Part shown: positions 18,156 through 29,073 of the stretch, in pieces
Layout: every line of letters begins with the position of its first letter
Position numbering within the stretch: position 1 is the stretch's first letter
DNA from: Hydrurus foetidus
Lineage: Eukaryota
Length of the DNA stretch: 64,000 bases
Direction of reading: 5' to 3'
NCBI GenBank assembly: GCA_900617105.1
Contig: UYFQ01000001.1
Span: 2,294,001-2,358,000 of the forward strand
Notes under the pieces: model-generated
Databases searched by the model: none
The model's input: only the letters and a program-made list of their open reading frames with translations
Told to the model about the DNA's origin: nothing
Made by a program: the position numbers and the translations under genes

Positions 18156-19709
18156 CTAAAAAAGCCTTACCCTCAAGATCACCTGCATGGCCAACAGGCC
18201 GAGCAGAAAACCCACACCGCCGTAAACGATACCTTGCAGCAGCTTGTTGGTTCGTTTTTGCTCTGCAAGCAGCTCAATAAGCTCGCGGTGATAGGAGCTT
18301 GGCCGCTCTTTAAGGTACTGAGACAGCAAACGCGGCAGGCCGGGCAACAGCTTGGCGTAAGACGGCGCTTCAGCTTTGAGTTGCGCCAGCAGCTTTTCAG
18401 GGCCGATTTGTTCCAGCATCCACTTTTCTAAAAACGGCTTGGCTGTGCTCCACAAATCCAGATCAGGGTCAAGCTCGCGGCCTAGCCCCTCAATGTTGAG
18501 CAGCGTTTTTTGCAGCAGCACGAGTTGGGGCTGAATCTCGACATGAAAGCGCCGCGAGGTTTGAAACAGCCGCATCAGCACCAAACCCAGCGATATTTCT
18601 TTGAGTGGGCGATCAAAATACGGCTCGCAGCAGGCCCGAATCGCTGCTTCCAGCTCGTCGACTCGCGTGGTGGCGGGCACCCATCCAGATTCAATGTGCA
18701 GCTCGGCAACGCGCTTGTAGTCCCGCCGGAAAAAAGATGAGAAATTTTGCGCCAGGTACTCTTTATCTACCTCAGTCAACGTGCCAACAATGCCGAAGTC
18801 GAGTGAAATATAGCGACCAAACGTGGCGGGCTCCAGGCTGACCTGTATGTTGCCCGGGTGCATGTCGCCGTGGAAATAGCCATCACGAAACACCTGAGTG
18901 AAAAAAATCGTCACGCCATCGCGTGCGAGTTTTTGCATGTCTACGCCCGCATCGCGCAAGCGCTGGGTTTGGCCAATCGGCACGCCCTTCATGCGCTCCA
19001 TCACCATCACGTCGGGCATGCAGTAGTCCCAAATCATCTCGGGGATCATGACCAGATCAAGGCCTTTCATGTTGCGGCGTAATTGCGCGCCGCTGGCCGC
19101 TTCGCGCAGCAAATCCAGCTCGTCGTGCAAATATTTGTCAAACTCACCAATGACTTCGCGCGGCTTTAAGCGCTTGCCGTCAGCTGAAGACCGCTCTACC
19201 CAACCGGCCATCATGTGCATCAAGGCCAAGTCTTTTTCAATTGCAGGCTTCATGTTGGGCCGCAACACTTTGACCGCTACTTCACGCCCGCTTGGCAACA
19301 CGGCAAAGTGAACCTGCGCAATCGATGCGCTGGCAATCGGCTTGAGATCAAAACTGGTGAATATTTTGTCCAGCGGCCGGCCAAAAGCTTTTTCAATAAT
19401 CGCCACTGCCAAGCTAGATTCAAACGGGGGTACACGGTCTTGCAGCCGAGCCAGTTCATCGGCAATGTCAGGGGGCAGCAAGTCCCGCCTGGTGGACATC
19501 ACTTGCCCAAACTTCACGAAAATCGGCCCCAGGCTTTCCAGCGCTTCGCGCAGGCGCTCTCCGCGCGGGGCTCGCAAGTTGCGACCTATTGACACGACGC
19601 GTCTGAGCAGGCGTATCCACGGTTTTTGAAAGCCGGACAGCACTAGCTCGTCAAGGCCAAATCGCAGCACTGTCCAGACGATAAATATGCCTCTGAATGT
19701 CCGGTTCAT
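18156..19709 (-). CDS. ubiB: Ubiquinone biosynthesis kinase-like protein
   Basis: [46 protein letters not shown]. Confidence 0.96.
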   Translation of the reverse strand: MNRTFRGIFIVWTVLRFGLDELVLSGFQKPWIRLLRRVVSIGRNLRAPRGERLREALESLGPIFVKFGQVMSTRRDLLPPDIADELARLQDRVPPFESSLAVAIIEKAFGRPLDKIFTSFDLKPIASASIAQVHFAVLPSGREVAVKVLRPNMKPAIEKDLALMHMMAGWVERSSADGKRLKPREVIGEFDKYLHDELDLLREAASGAQLRRNMKGLDLVMIPEMIWDYCMPDVMVMERMKGVPIGQTQRLRDAGVDMQKLARDGVTIFFTQVFRDGYFHGDMHPGNIQVSLEPATFGRYISLDFGIVGTLTEVDKEYLAQNFSSFFRRDYKRVAELHIESGWVPATTRVDELEAAIRACCEPYFDRPLKEISLGLVLMRLFQTSRRFHVEIQPQLVLLQKTLLNIEGLGRELDPDLDLWSTAKPFLEKWMLEQIGPEKLLAQLKAEAPSYAKLLPGLPRLLSQYLKERPSSYHRELIELLAEQKRTNKLLQGIVYGGVGFLLGLLAMQVILRVRLF

Positions 19710-20278
19710 GGTGCAGCCTTAACGGCACTGCTGAACGCGCCGCTAGCAGCGTCGCTGGTAAACGGGCTGCCCGGTGCTGAAGCAAGAAACTGCCGTAGCC
19801 CTGTGGCCAACCGGCGTGCGGCATCCGCCAACGCGTGGGCAGGCACATCGCCCAAAATGCGGGACAAATCCTCTTCAAAGTCCCACCGCAAGTTTTCAGC
19901 GAGCCAGCCCACTTCGGCAGCCAGCTGCACGTCGCCCTCAATTTTAACCGGGGGACTTTTACCTGCCACCAAGGTTTGAATCACATCAAGCGGCGAGTCT
20001 GAAGTGACCGCCATCAACAGATCAGGCTTGGCATCAGCAGGCGCGCAGTCAAGCAAGCCTGCATTGGTCACCAGCAAATCAAGCCCAAACAGGCCCCAGC
20101 GAATGTGCAAAACGCTGCCCTTTTTTCGCCCCAACCGGTCTTGTGCCTCTTTTTCTTGCATCAAGACGTGATTTAAAAAGAGTACCAAACGCTGCTGCGT
20201 TTCAGCAACGGCCCATGCGGGCAGCTGAGAGCGAGTGATCAAGGTGTCTAAAAACGAAAAAGGAAACGTGTTGTTCAT
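19706..20278 (-). CDS. ubiJ: UbiJ-like SCP2-domain ubiquinone accessory protein
   Basis: [33 protein letters not shown]; lies between the Tim44 gene and ubiB. Confidence 0.8.
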   Translation of the reverse strand: MNNTFPFSFLDTLITRSQLPAWAVAETQQRLVLFLNHVLMQEKEAQDRLGRKKGSVLHIRWGLFGLDLLVTNAGLLDCAPADAKPDLLMAVTSDSPLDVIQTLVAGKSPPVKIEGDVQLAAEVGWLAENLRWDFEEDLSRILGDVPAHALADAARRLATGLRQFLASAPGSPFTSDAASGAFSSAVKAAP

Positions 20279-20353
20279 GCGTTCCCGATTTTCACTCAGA
20301 TTAAAGAACACCCACACAATTGAAAATATTAAAGGGCTTTCATAAATCAAATA

Positions 20354-20441
20354 GGGGCCGCAGAACCGGCTTTGCCGGGCTGCAGGCGCAGCGAACCCCT
20401 CGGGGGGCAGGAAGCCACACGAAGTGAGCGACCGTGGGGGT
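20354..20441. repeat. GC-rich multi-hairpin intergenic element (REP-like), single copy in this window
   Basis: GCAG-AA-CCGGC-TTT-GCCGG-G-CTGC, CCCC-TC-GGGG and CAC-GAA-GTG hairpins inside the ubi operon. Confidence 0.45.
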
Positions 20442-21395
20442 TCACTGAAGTGCTTGGACTCCGGCTACCAGCCAGCCGCCCGCACCAAACTTAGGCTTGG
20501 TCATGTTCCAAACCTCACGGAATGGGCTCGCGCCTGCCGCCATGTCTTCGCGGATCATGCCCGAAAACTCTACGCTGGCCATGTACTTGTCGCTCATTTC
20601 TTCGATGCCGAGCAGCTTGGCATCCAGCATTTGCACATCCGTTTTGTTCACGCCAGCACCGGTATGCGACTCGCGCTCGGCCAATTGGGTTTTGATTTCA
20701 CCGAGCATTTCGTCAGTCATCATGATGCGCAAGTTGTTGATGTCCGATTTGTCCCAAGCGTCTTGCAAAGTCAAGAAGTTGGCTTTGCAGGCTTTGAGAA
20801 AGCCGTCTGCATCAAAACCATCTGGCACGCCCCAGGTTTGCGAGCCTGCCAGGCCAGAACCGATCATGGAGCCCGAACCGGCGGGTTGCGTGTTTGCCTC
20901 AAAAGCCATGCTGTTGCGCTCCCACGGGCGAGCAGATGCATCGTTGCCGACATTTTGTGGACTGTAATTTCTGGGTGTGGTGGCGTCGCTTGCACCCTGA
21001 AAGGCGAATGGGGATTTAGCGGGTGCAGTACTGCCGCCTTTAAATTTGCGATACAAGAATCCGCCGACCACCATGACCACCAGCGCCAGCAAAGCGAACA
21101 TGATGACCTGGCTAAATGCGCCACCTAAACCTAGCGACGAGGCGAGCCAGGCCAAACCTAGGCCAGCAGCCAAACCTCCAAGCATCGCGCCCCACGGCTT
21201 TTTCGGAGCAGCAGCAGCGGCTCCAGCAGCCGCCGGCGCGGCGGCAGGAGGAGCTGCCTCACGCTTGGTCACGTTCGACGACTGCTGTCCCATCGATTTA
21301 CCGCCACCCATGCGTTTTGCAGCCTCTGCGGTTGTACCAGCCAGCGTCATGGTGACGGCAAGCGCACAAGAAACAATAATGGACCACATTTTCAT
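20442..21395 (-). CDS. Tim44-domain protein
   Basis: Signal peptide, KRMGGGKSMG, GMLGGLAAGLGL segment, C-terminal LQDAWD...EVWNM...WLVAGVQ. Confidence 0.9.
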   Translation of the reverse strand: MKMWSIIVSCALAVTMTLAGTTAEAAKRMGGGKSMGQQSSNVTKREAAPPAAAPAAAGAAAAAPKKPWGAMLGGLAAGLGLAWLASSLGLGGAFSQVIMFALLALVVMVVGGFLYRKFKGGSTAPAKSPFAFQGASDATTPRNYSPQNVGNDASARPWERNSMAFEANTQPAGSGSMIGSGLAGSQTWGVPDGFDADGFLKACKANFLTLQDAWDKSDINNLRIMMTDEMLGEIKTQLAERESHTGAGVNKTDVQMLDAKLLGIEEMSDKYMASVEFSGMIREDMAAGASPFREVWNMTKPKFGAGGWLVAGVQALQ

Positions 21396-21453
21396 GACAG
21401 CTCCTTAAAAAGGTTCGTAATAACTGATAAATCTGAAATCAAAACAAATAAAT

Positions 21454-22185
21454 TCAGCACTTGATTGCAACATGCAATGCCACCACCCCGCCCGACAGGT
21501 TGTGATAGTCCACATGGCCAAAGCCGCCTTTCAGCATCATGGCCTTTAACGTGTCTTGGTCTGGATGCATCCGAATCGATTCGGCCAGGTACTGGTAGCT
21601 GGCGTCATCGTTGGCAACCAGTTTGCCCAGTTTCGGCAAGACCTTGAATGAATACCAATCGTAAATCTTCTCAAGCGGCTTAGCCACCTTGGAAAACTCT
21701 AATACCAGCAGCTTGCCGCCTGGCTTGAGCACCCGACTCATCTCCAGCAGGGCAGCGTCTTTATGAGTCATGTTGCGCAGGCCGAAAGCGACTGTGATTA
21801 CATCGAAATACGCATCCGCGAAGGGCAAATGCTCTGCGTCGCAGGCCAGCGTCGGCAAGCTGACGCCAGCATCTAACAGGCGGTTACGTCCTTCGCGCAG
21901 CATGGCTTCGTTGATATCGGTGTGCACAACCTGCCCTGTGCTGCCTACTTTCGGCGCAAACGCCAACGCCAAGTCCCCGGTGCCGCCGGCAATATCCAGC
22001 ACTTTTTGACCGCTTTTGACGTTGGCTACCAGCACGGTATAGGCCTTCCACGCACGGTGCATGCCGACTGACATCAAATCATTCATCAGGTCGTATTTAG
22101 ACGCGACGGAGTCGAACACGCCGCGCACCCGTGATGCTTTTTCCTGCTCGTCAACTGACTGAAAACCAAAGTGAGTACTGTTCAT
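21454..22185 (-). CDS. ubiE: Ubiquinone/menaquinone C-methyltransferase
   Basis: [42 protein letters not shown]. Confidence 0.97.
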   Translation of the reverse strand: MNSTHFGFQSVDEQEKASRVRGVFDSVASKYDLMNDLMSVGMHRAWKAYTVLVANVKSGQKVLDIAGGTGDLALAFAPKVGSTGQVVHTDINEAMLREGRNRLLDAGVSLPTLACDAEHLPFADAYFDVITVAFGLRNMTHKDAALLEMSRVLKPGGKLLVLEFSKVAKPLEKIYDWYSFKVLPKLGKLVANDDASYQYLAESIRMHPDQDTLKAMMLKGGFGHVDYHNLSGGVVALHVAIKC

Positions 22186-22800
22186 AGTTCAATCGTAAGG
22201 CGCATTGCAACTTTGCGCTGTTACAACCTTGCCGGTATTCGGGGTATTGAGCGCTTGGCCTACTTAAATGGGTAAAAAACAACGGGCGTCTCGCAGCAAG
22301 CCTAGGAGGCTGGGTGGTAGGAGGCGTCGGATCGAAAATCGGCCCCTGCTATGGACAGGTTTTTGACGATTTTGCAACCCAATATGTGGATATTGGGTAG
22401 ATGAGCGACGAAAAATAGACCGTTGCGATCAATTTGCAGCCGACGATCCTATTGCCGATCAGGCTCGTAATACCCGGAGCGCTTGAACCGCCAACGGTGC
22501 CATCGGCGCACTGCGCGACATGCAAGCCACTTCCAGACTTTGCGGGTATTCGCGCCGCAGCTAGGTGTACTGGCCGTCCAGCTCGTACAGATACTCCCGA
22601 ATAAACAAGTCGTTTTGAATGCCTTACCTTACATATGTCGGCGCTCGTTCGAAAAGGCGTGGTCTGCACGCCACTCGCTAAGCTTTCAATATGGGTTCAC
22701 CGAACACTTACGAGCGAACTGCCGACTTTGCCAAACGCTAGGCGGCAAGAACTACTGCCACAGCGTTGAAAACCGCCTACAACTGCGCATTAAGCATTTG

Positions 22801-22840
22801 TTGTTTTGTTGTTTTGTTGTTTTGTCGTTTTGTTGTTTTG
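22801..22840 (+). repeat. 8-bp tandem repeat (TTGTTTTG)x5
   Basis: ttgttttg ttgttttg ttgttttg tcgttttg ttgttttg. Confidence 0.9.
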
Positions 22841-23231
22841 TCAATATGGGCGTACCGAAACTTCCTGAGAGACTCGGTCTCATGCGATTGAATTTCCTTT
22901 CCATTGATCTCCTGACAAATCAGCGTCGCAAGTTTTTCAATCGGTTCCGTTGTGGTCGACAGCCAACGAATCTCCTCGCGGCGCATCATGCCCTCGGCCC
23001 CCAATCACGTCCATCCAGCAATATTTGGGGCTTGCGTATTTAGAGTTCGGCCTGAGCTCATGGCGCACCCCACACAACCGCAGGGATCAACAGTGGCACA
23101 AAAGATTTTTTTTGAAAAAGTAGCGCCGAGCGGTGTTACGGTGCGCTACAAAAGTAACGTGGGCCATGAGGGTGAAGCCAATAGATGAGTTTGCCGCAAA
23201 AATCATCGTTGGCATTCCCGCCAATGCCTAG

Positions 23232-25973
23232 CTAGTTGCTCGTCTGCGGCCGACCATTAGGAAAGTACAGATGCACCGTTGGAGACAAAAATTTATCTAC
23301 AGCACCAATAGTTTGTTGCGCAAGGCTTTCAGTCCACTCTACAGCTACTTTATCCCAGTTGTAGTAAGGGGTCGATGCGCTGGGCATTACTGATTTGTAA
23401 TGTACCAAGCGATCATAAACTTTGCGTGACGGAAGCGAACCTTGTTTTTTGAGCGCGGCTGCGAGGCTTACATTGTCAACAGGATTAATTCCCCAAAAGT
23501 GAAACAAAGGCCTTAAATCAGCACCCGCTGCTTTTGACATCCGCAAGATGCGGCTGTCAATGCCCTCGCCGTTCCTTGCACCATAGTAGTACTCAGAAAA
23601 ACCATCTATGCTTTTAAAGCCAGGCCGTCTGTCAACGCCTAGAAAAATGGCTCGCTCATGCTCCTCTTTAAAGAATCTGCCCAAGGTCTCCCAACCAAAT
23701 AAGTCTGCAATGTCGACATAATGCGCATGCCCACGGTGCTGATAGATCATCTCACCTTCGCTCATTTTGTTGCCGCCACGAAAATTGAGGGTTACCATCC
23801 AGTCTATCGCGGCAGAGTCTCGCGTGGCAGGTTTGAGATCGAGCAGGGTGGGCAAAGACTTACCAAATGCATCATCCATTGTTTGACCAGCTGCCTTGTT
23901 ATAGACGGCAACTGTCACTAGGTTAACGCTGGATTCGCGTTCTGTGTTTTCACTCGACGCACTGGCCTGCAGTGAATGTCCCAGCTCATGAAAATCGGTG
24001 CGAGCGTACTGCTCCACGTCATTAACCAGCAAACCCTTTGCGTGCATAAAATTTGGACCCGTTCTCAGATACCAAACATCCTCGTTACCTTGCCGATTTC
24101 GGTCATCTTTTGTTTTGTAGAAATCAGTGAGAACCGGGTAACCTGGTATTGCAACCTGATCGGCTGCCGGATAAATATCAATTTGTTTAAACATTTTGAC
24201 GTTACCGTTTACAAGTGGTTGACCATACACACTGTGAATAGCGTCCATTCGCTTATCCCACTCAGCCATTAGCAAATCGGGCTCCATGTAGTTGAAGATA
24301 AAACTAGTAGGTACCTGCAACATGAATTTATCGGTCTCAAAATCTGCCATTGGGCCTGGGTTTTTACGCTGAATTTCCCACTCGGCTGCACTCGTTTTGC
24401 GGTGACTGGTGTTTGAGAAGAAGGGCGACGCTACAACATTTTGGAAGTTCACATCCACAACGCCAAAATTGCTTTCAATCGGCACGATGATGTAAATGCT
24501 ACCTCCAAAAGGATTGTAAATTTTGGTGGTGGCGTTTACGACAGGGAACTCCAAGTGCATGCGATAGGGCCTGGAGACCCTGCTGACGGCTGATTTGTCG
24601 TGCGTATGAGCGCCTACCAATATCTTGATGCCCTTGCCTGCCAAATTAGCGGGCACAGTCACTGATCCCACATCGCCTGGCGCAAGAAAGTAACCTGTAG
24701 GCCTTCTCGCGTTTTCGTTGGCATATCTCGGAGCTACACCCGCTAGTCTCGGCACTGAAGCATTGATTTTCACGCTGCCGTTAGCTGGCTTAGCATCATT
24801 TTTAACCTTGCCCGGAAAAGCATGAGAAGTTAAAAACTTTTTGCCCTTGAGGAAGCTCTCATAGACTTTGTAAACGTCTGGCTTTACATAAACGTCTTCA
24901 AAAATAGCTTGCACCAGCGCAAATATAGCCCGATCGATTGAATAATCATCAATGTAGGCGTCACTAGTGGCTGAGGGTCGAACGGGCACGTTTTCAAAAC
25001 TGTCTTTTGTTTTAGAGTTTTCGGTAAACAGTGGTCCGCGTTTCGAGTCATAAAGGTCAATGAGTTTGAAAGCTTCGTTTAGCGTGGCTTCGCTACCGGC
25101 TAACTCGGGCATGGTAGTTGCCATCAAACTGTGTTGTTCGCGGATATCAAATGGTGATAAGGATCTAACTCCATTGAGATGGTTCGTTAGTTTGGCAAGT
25201 GCTGCTAAAAACACTGCCGTGCTGTCGCCGGCCACAGGGCTTTTTTTGCAATAAGCCCGCCGTTCTCCACTCGGGAAGTTGAAATGTGTGTCCCTCGTGA
25301 ACGCTTCGGGTTTTAATAGCAGATCAGCTGTCTGGTTGAATAAATAAACAAACCTGTAGCTGTTTCTAGCGTTGCCGAAGGCGATGTCAGTCTTTACCCC
25401 TCCCAATTTCAGCGTGTCATATTCTTTTAACTCGGTGGTGCTGCCTGGATTGGTACACGGAGCAAACCCAATCAAGCCGAAGTCAGCGTCTTTGTAGACC
25501 GGTGTGTCGCACTTGGCTGTAGATGCTGGGGCGGCAGCGAGTTTGCCGTTGGTACACAAAAATGCGGCTGATCCCGTTGTCAAGCCGGTCAGATCATTGG
25601 CCGCCGCGTTGGCTCCTGAAACGGACGCAACTGTATTTGCACTACAGGTGTTGCCAGACACAACCCACGTAGCCGGGGCGGCAACACAGCCAGCTAGTGC
25701 TGGTGCTGGTACAGGCGCTGGTGCTGGTGCTGGTGCTGGTGCTGGTGCTGGTGTTGGTGTTGGTGTTGGTGTTGGTGTTGGTGTTGGTGTTGGTGTTGGT
25801 GTTGGTGTTGGTGTTGGTGTTGGTGTTGGTGCTGGTACAGGCGCTGGCGAAACACTAGGCTCGGTTGCACCTGAACCGCCACCGCCACATGCGAGTAAGA
25901 GGCTTGAAATTATTACGATACCTGACAACTTTGCAATAGATTTATTGCTATTAACTTGAGCCGAAAAATTCAT
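23232..25973 (-). CDS. M60-like (enhancin/ImpA-type) metallopeptidase lipoprotein with Pro-Thr/Pro-Ala linker
   Basis: Lipobox [20 protein letters not shown]60 N-domain; FHELGH zinc motif with downstream [17 protein letters not shown] and [10 protein letters not shown]. Confidence 0.85.
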   Translation of the reverse strand: MNFSAQVNSNKSIAKLSGIVIISSLLLACGGGGSGATEPSVSPAPVPAPTPTPTPTPTPTPTPTPTPTPTPTPTPAPAPAPAPAPAPVPAPALAGCVAAPATWVVSGNTCSANTVASVSGANAAANDLTGLTTGSAAFLCTNGKLAAAPASTAKCDTPVYKDADFGLIGFAPCTNPGSTTELKEYDTLKLGGVKTDIAFGNARNSYRFVYLFNQTADLLLKPEAFTRDTHFNFPSGERRAYCKKSPVAGDSTAVFLAALAKLTNHLNGVRSLSPFDIREQHSLMATTMPELAGSEATLNEAFKLIDLYDSKRGPLFTENSKTKDSFENVPVRPSATSDAYIDDYSIDRAIFALVQAIFEDVYVKPDVYKVYESFLKGKKFLTSHAFPGKVKNDAKPANGSVKINASVPRLAGVAPRYANENARRPTGYFLAPGDVGSVTVPANLAGKGIKILVGAHTHDKSAVSRVSRPYRMHLEFPVVNATTKIYNPFGGSIYIIVPIESNFGVVDVNFQNVVASPFFSNTSHRKTSAAEWEIQRKNPGPMADFETDKFMLQVPTSFIFNYMEPDLLMAEWDKRMDAIHSVYGQPLVNGNVKMFKQIDIYPAADQVAIPGYPVLTDFYKTKDDRNRQGNEDVWYLRTGPNFMHAKGLLVNDVEQYARTDFHELGHSLQASASSENTERESSVNLVTVAVYNKAAGQTMDDAFGKSLPTLLDLKPATRDSAAIDWMVTLNFRGGNKMSEGEMIYQHRGHAHYVDIADLFGWETLGRFFKEEHERAIFLGVDRRPGFKSIDGFSEYYYGARNGEGIDSRILRMSKAAGADLRPLFHFWGINPVDNVSLAAALKKQGSLPSRKVYDRLVHYKSVMPSASTPYYNWDKVAVEWTESLAQQTIGAVDKFLSPTVHLYFPNGRPQTSN
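25698..25847 (-). repeat. Coding hexanucleotide VNTR encoding (PT)n(PA)n
   Basis: GGTGTT/GGTGCT tandem array bounded by the direct repeat GGTGCTGGTACAGGCGCTGG at 25702-25721 and 25828-25847. Confidence 0.95.
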
Positions 25974-26013
25974 ACGTTTCCTTTAAATACGGTAGCTTTG
26001 TCTTTACTTGATG

Positions 26014-26131
26014 TTACACACCTAATTTTTGCTGAGAATGACATTTTTGCAATAAAGAGATCGTGTGTAGCTTTTATGACTCGCCTAAAACGGGCTCGCC
26101 TTTGTCGTTTGCCGCAAAGGCTAAGCAGTCT
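26014..26131 (-). promoter_or_regulatory. Upstream block A of the M60 gene, paralogous to 30931-31047
   Basis: Colinear manual alignment, about 89/118 identical; includes AGAATG-A-CATTTT near-palindrome at 26035-26047. Confidence 0.75.
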
Positions 26132-26139
26132 AAGTGAAA

Positions 26140-27056
26140 TCTTCACCCTACCCAGTGACATTTCACCCAGCAAGTACCATCGATGGGTCTACTGCGGCGC
26201 AGGTACAGCTACGTTGCGCTGCCGTATCCTGCGCGCCTTCGTGGGCTGAGGCCTGCTGGAGAGCTTTGACGCCAAAGACATGCTGGCCTACAAACACAGC
26301 GGGTTTTCAGTTGGCACCAGTGTGCGCATTGAAGCGCACGACCGCGCAGGCTTGGATCGGCTGCTGCGCTACTGCGCCCGTCCGACGTTTTCTATGGAAC
26401 GGCTGCGCAAAGCGGGCAATGATTTGGTGTACCGCTGCGCCAAGCAACGCAGCGAGCCTGGCGGTGATCGGCGCTTTGACCAAGGTGGAGTCAATCAACC
26501 AGGAAGCAACCAAAGAGATCGGCAGGGCGAGATCACCCTCACACCACCGGAGCTGATCGACCGCATTGCTGCCTTAGTGCCTTCGCCGCGCAGCCATCGA
26601 CACCGCTACTACGGGGCGCTGGCACCGAACTCGCCGCTGCGCTCAGTGGTCACTGCGATGGCGATATCAGCGCAGCAGGCAAAGCAGCCGCCAGCGCATG
26701 CGCGGTCCATTTGCCAGCCGCCCACTCAATCTGCGCAAAATGCAGCAGGCGGTGGTGCAGCTGGGGTAGCTAAGCTGGCCGCAGCGACCCCCGTTGTGAC
26801 TTTACCGCTCGAACCCGCTGTACCCACGCGCTCACAGGTGCACTACCTGTGGGAGGTACTGATCGCCCGCATCTACGAGGTGTTCCTGCTGCTGTGCCCC
26901 ATCTGCGGTGGCCAGATGCGCATGACTGCGTTCATCACGCACAGCGCAGAGATTCGGCAAACACTGGATCACATCGGGGTCGATCCTGAGCCACTGCGCC
27001 TGTCCCCGGCACGCGGGCCACCGCTGCGGGGGCGGGCTGCGCGCACGACATGCTAG
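26140..27056 (+). pseudogene. IS91/ISCR-family rolling-circle transposase remnant (5'-truncated, frameshift near 26208, TGA at 26247-26249)
   Basis: ATLRCRILRAFVG*GLLESFDAKDMLAYKHSGFSV, DRAGLDRLLRYCARP, HRHRYYGALAPNS, CPICGGQMR, PARGPP; N-terminal HUH region absent. Confidence 0.88.
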
Positions 27057-27165
27057 AAGACGTTTTGTGTAGGACGAACCCACAAAATGGCTAATTGCCA
27101 CAGTCAAAGCAGCACGAATCAGTGGCCTTCACAGGCCTCAACCCGCGCGGCGCTTGACCTTATAT

Positions 27166-27213
27166 GGTTGAATTTCCTATCCGTTCAACCTCATGAGGTT
27201 CAATTTCATATCC
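27166..27213 (+). mobile_element. oriIS end of the IS91/ISCR element plus a second degenerate copy
   Basis: GGTTGAATTTCCTATCC (27166-27182) followed by GTTC; GGTTCAATTTCATATCC (27197-27213). Confidence 0.75.
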
Positions 27214-27628
27214 GTATATCCGTCACGCCTTCATGTCCACCATCGCCATCGCCGCAACCGTCGTCTTCTGTTTGACTCAATGAGTCCTGAGCCTAAACGC
27301 TGAATAGACGATTGGTTTTGGTTGGCTACGACGTGCCATCAAACGCCATGAATGTTGGTTTCGGCAAGTCCAGACTGATGGCGTTTTTATACTTTTATGG
27401 AGTAGTTGCGAGCAAAGCCGGTCTGCCCGGCGCGCAATCCTCGACTTCCGTGCCCAGCCCGTTGGCTAATCTTCGTCGCACGCGCCACCACGTGATGAAC
27501 GTCACTCGGGCGAACGGACGCGTGAGTAACGCCAGCCCTTGCAACACAATCAGTCCCTCGACGACATGAAAGTTGGTCGCGCTTGCGCGAGGTGGAATTA
27601 GCGCTGCTAATTTTTTCCGAGCTGCGCC

Positions 27629-29068
27629 TCAAACGAAGCCGAGATTCCAGGTCGATTGGTTATAGTTGCCTATGTTCGGCAGCACTGTCGACATGTCGCT
27701 GTTTGACACGCCCAGCCATGTTGCCAGCGTCGATGCGTATTGGTCAACAGAGGTGGTGGGAAGCAGGGACCCCTGACCCACGTCATTGGGTCCTTTGAGG
27801 GCGATTACCGGCGCTTCCCCATAAAATTGCCCGCCCTTCACGGCACCACCCATCACGAAATGGATGCCGCCCCAGCCGTGGTCGGACCCGTCGTTATTAC
27901 AGAGTGTCGGACGACCGAAATCGGAGCTGGTAAACGTTGTTACCTTGTCAGCGACACCAAGTTCGACCGTGTGGTCATAAAATGCACGCATCGCACTCGC
28001 CACGCGCTCAAGCAAGATTGGTTGCGTTTCTACAAGGTGGCTGTGCAGATCAAAACCACCCATCTGTACGTAGAAAACCTGACGCTTGGCGCCGAGTGCG
28101 CTATTAATCGAGATCATGCGTGCAACGGTTTTTAGCTGGTCGGCCAGCGGATTCGGAATTGTTTCAACCCCAGGAACTTTTACATCCCCAGGATATTTCG
28201 TCATGAATGCTGGTGCATTTTTCAACTCCGAAAAAAGCAGCTCACCCGTCTCGAGCGCCCGTTTGCTTACCTTGGCGTGTTCGTTTTCAAAAATGTTCGC
28301 GCGTGATCCGCTCATCAGGGCTTTCAGGGCCGGCAGGCCATTACCCCCATAAGTCGATCCAAACAGGCTACTGTCGGGGGCCAGTGGGATCGGTCCCTTA
28401 GCGCCCACCGAAAAACTGAATACGGATTTGCCGGAAAGGAACGCGGCGTTGCCTGTCGCACTGATGCACGTTACCGCTGGTTTGCCGTTGCCGCTTTGCA
28501 GCAAGTCGCCGATGCGGCCACCCCAACCCGACACCGCGCCTTCAGGGCTGGATGACAGCCAGTAGCTTGACTGATCATTGTGCGAACCCAGCTGCGGCGG
28601 GAGCGGGAAGCCGCGCTCCTTAAATTGCGCCATTGTCGTCGGCCGGACGAGCGTTCCAACATTGAGTATCACTGCTAACTTTTCTTGCTCGAACAGCGGT
28701 AGGAGAGGCTTCATTGCGGGTGCCAGTGCATACTGCCGCCCATTCAACGAGGTGTGCGGTTTAAACAAGGTGTTCGTATTCGGCTTCAGCAAGGTCGCGG
28801 TCAGGTCGTCGCGCGAATATGCCAGTTGCGGCCGAAGCGATTGGTAGCTTTTATAACTGTCCGTATCATATGGCGTTACCGTGTTGTCCTGATCGTTGCC
28901 TCCGGCCAAAAATATGCACACGATTGCTTTGTAACCCGAGCTCTCCTGAGCAGCCGCTTCACCAATGGACGCCAGAGTCGTGACGAACGGGGCCGCAACG
29001 CCAGCGAGACCCAATTTCGCATTCGTCTGCAGGAACGCGCGGCGTGTTTGATTATTTTTCATCATCAT
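27629..29068 (-). CDS. DUF1501-family protein with Tat signal
   Basis: TRRAFL twin-arginine motif; VCIFLAGGND, SHNDQ, GWGGR, GGFDLH, SDFGR, GSDHGWG, PTTSVDQY. Confidence 0.9.
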   Translation of the reverse strand: MMMKNNQTRRAFLQTNAKLGLAGVAAPFVTTLASIGEAAAQESSGYKAIVCIFLAGGNDQDNTVTPYDTDSYKSYQSLRPQLAYSRDDLTATLLKPNTNTLFKPHTSLNGRQYALAPAMKPLLPLFEQEKLAVILNVGTLVRPTTMAQFKERGFPLPPQLGSHNDQSSYWLSSSPEGAVSGWGGRIGDLLQSGNGKPAVTCISATGNAAFLSGKSVFSFSVGAKGPIPLAPDSSLFGSTYGGNGLPALKALMSGSRANIFENEHAKVSKRALETGELLFSELKNAPAFMTKYPGDVKVPGVETIPNPLADQLKTVARMISINSALGAKRQVFYVQMGGFDLHSHLVETQPILLERVASAMRAFYDHTVELGVADKVTTFTSSDFGRPTLCNNDGSDHGWGGIHFVMGGAVKGGQFYGEAPVIALKGPNDVGQGSLLPTTSVDQYASTLATWLGVSNSDMSTVLPNIGNYNQSTWNLGFV

Positions 29069-29073
29069 TCCTC

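Noticed and set aside
22483..23043. 186-aa + strand ORF in the island
   Set aside because: No recognisable motif; it runs through the 8-bp repeat and the minus strand looks more protein-like. Not called as a gene.
25694..25888. Poly-(HQ) ORF, and the overlapping Gly/Val-rich ORF 25504-25959
   Set aside because: Alternative-frame and antisense readings of the hexamer VNTR in the M60 gene.
27387..27632. Short ORFs between oriIS and DUF1501
   Set aside because: No start context or recognisable family; possibly a gene tail remnant but unsupported.
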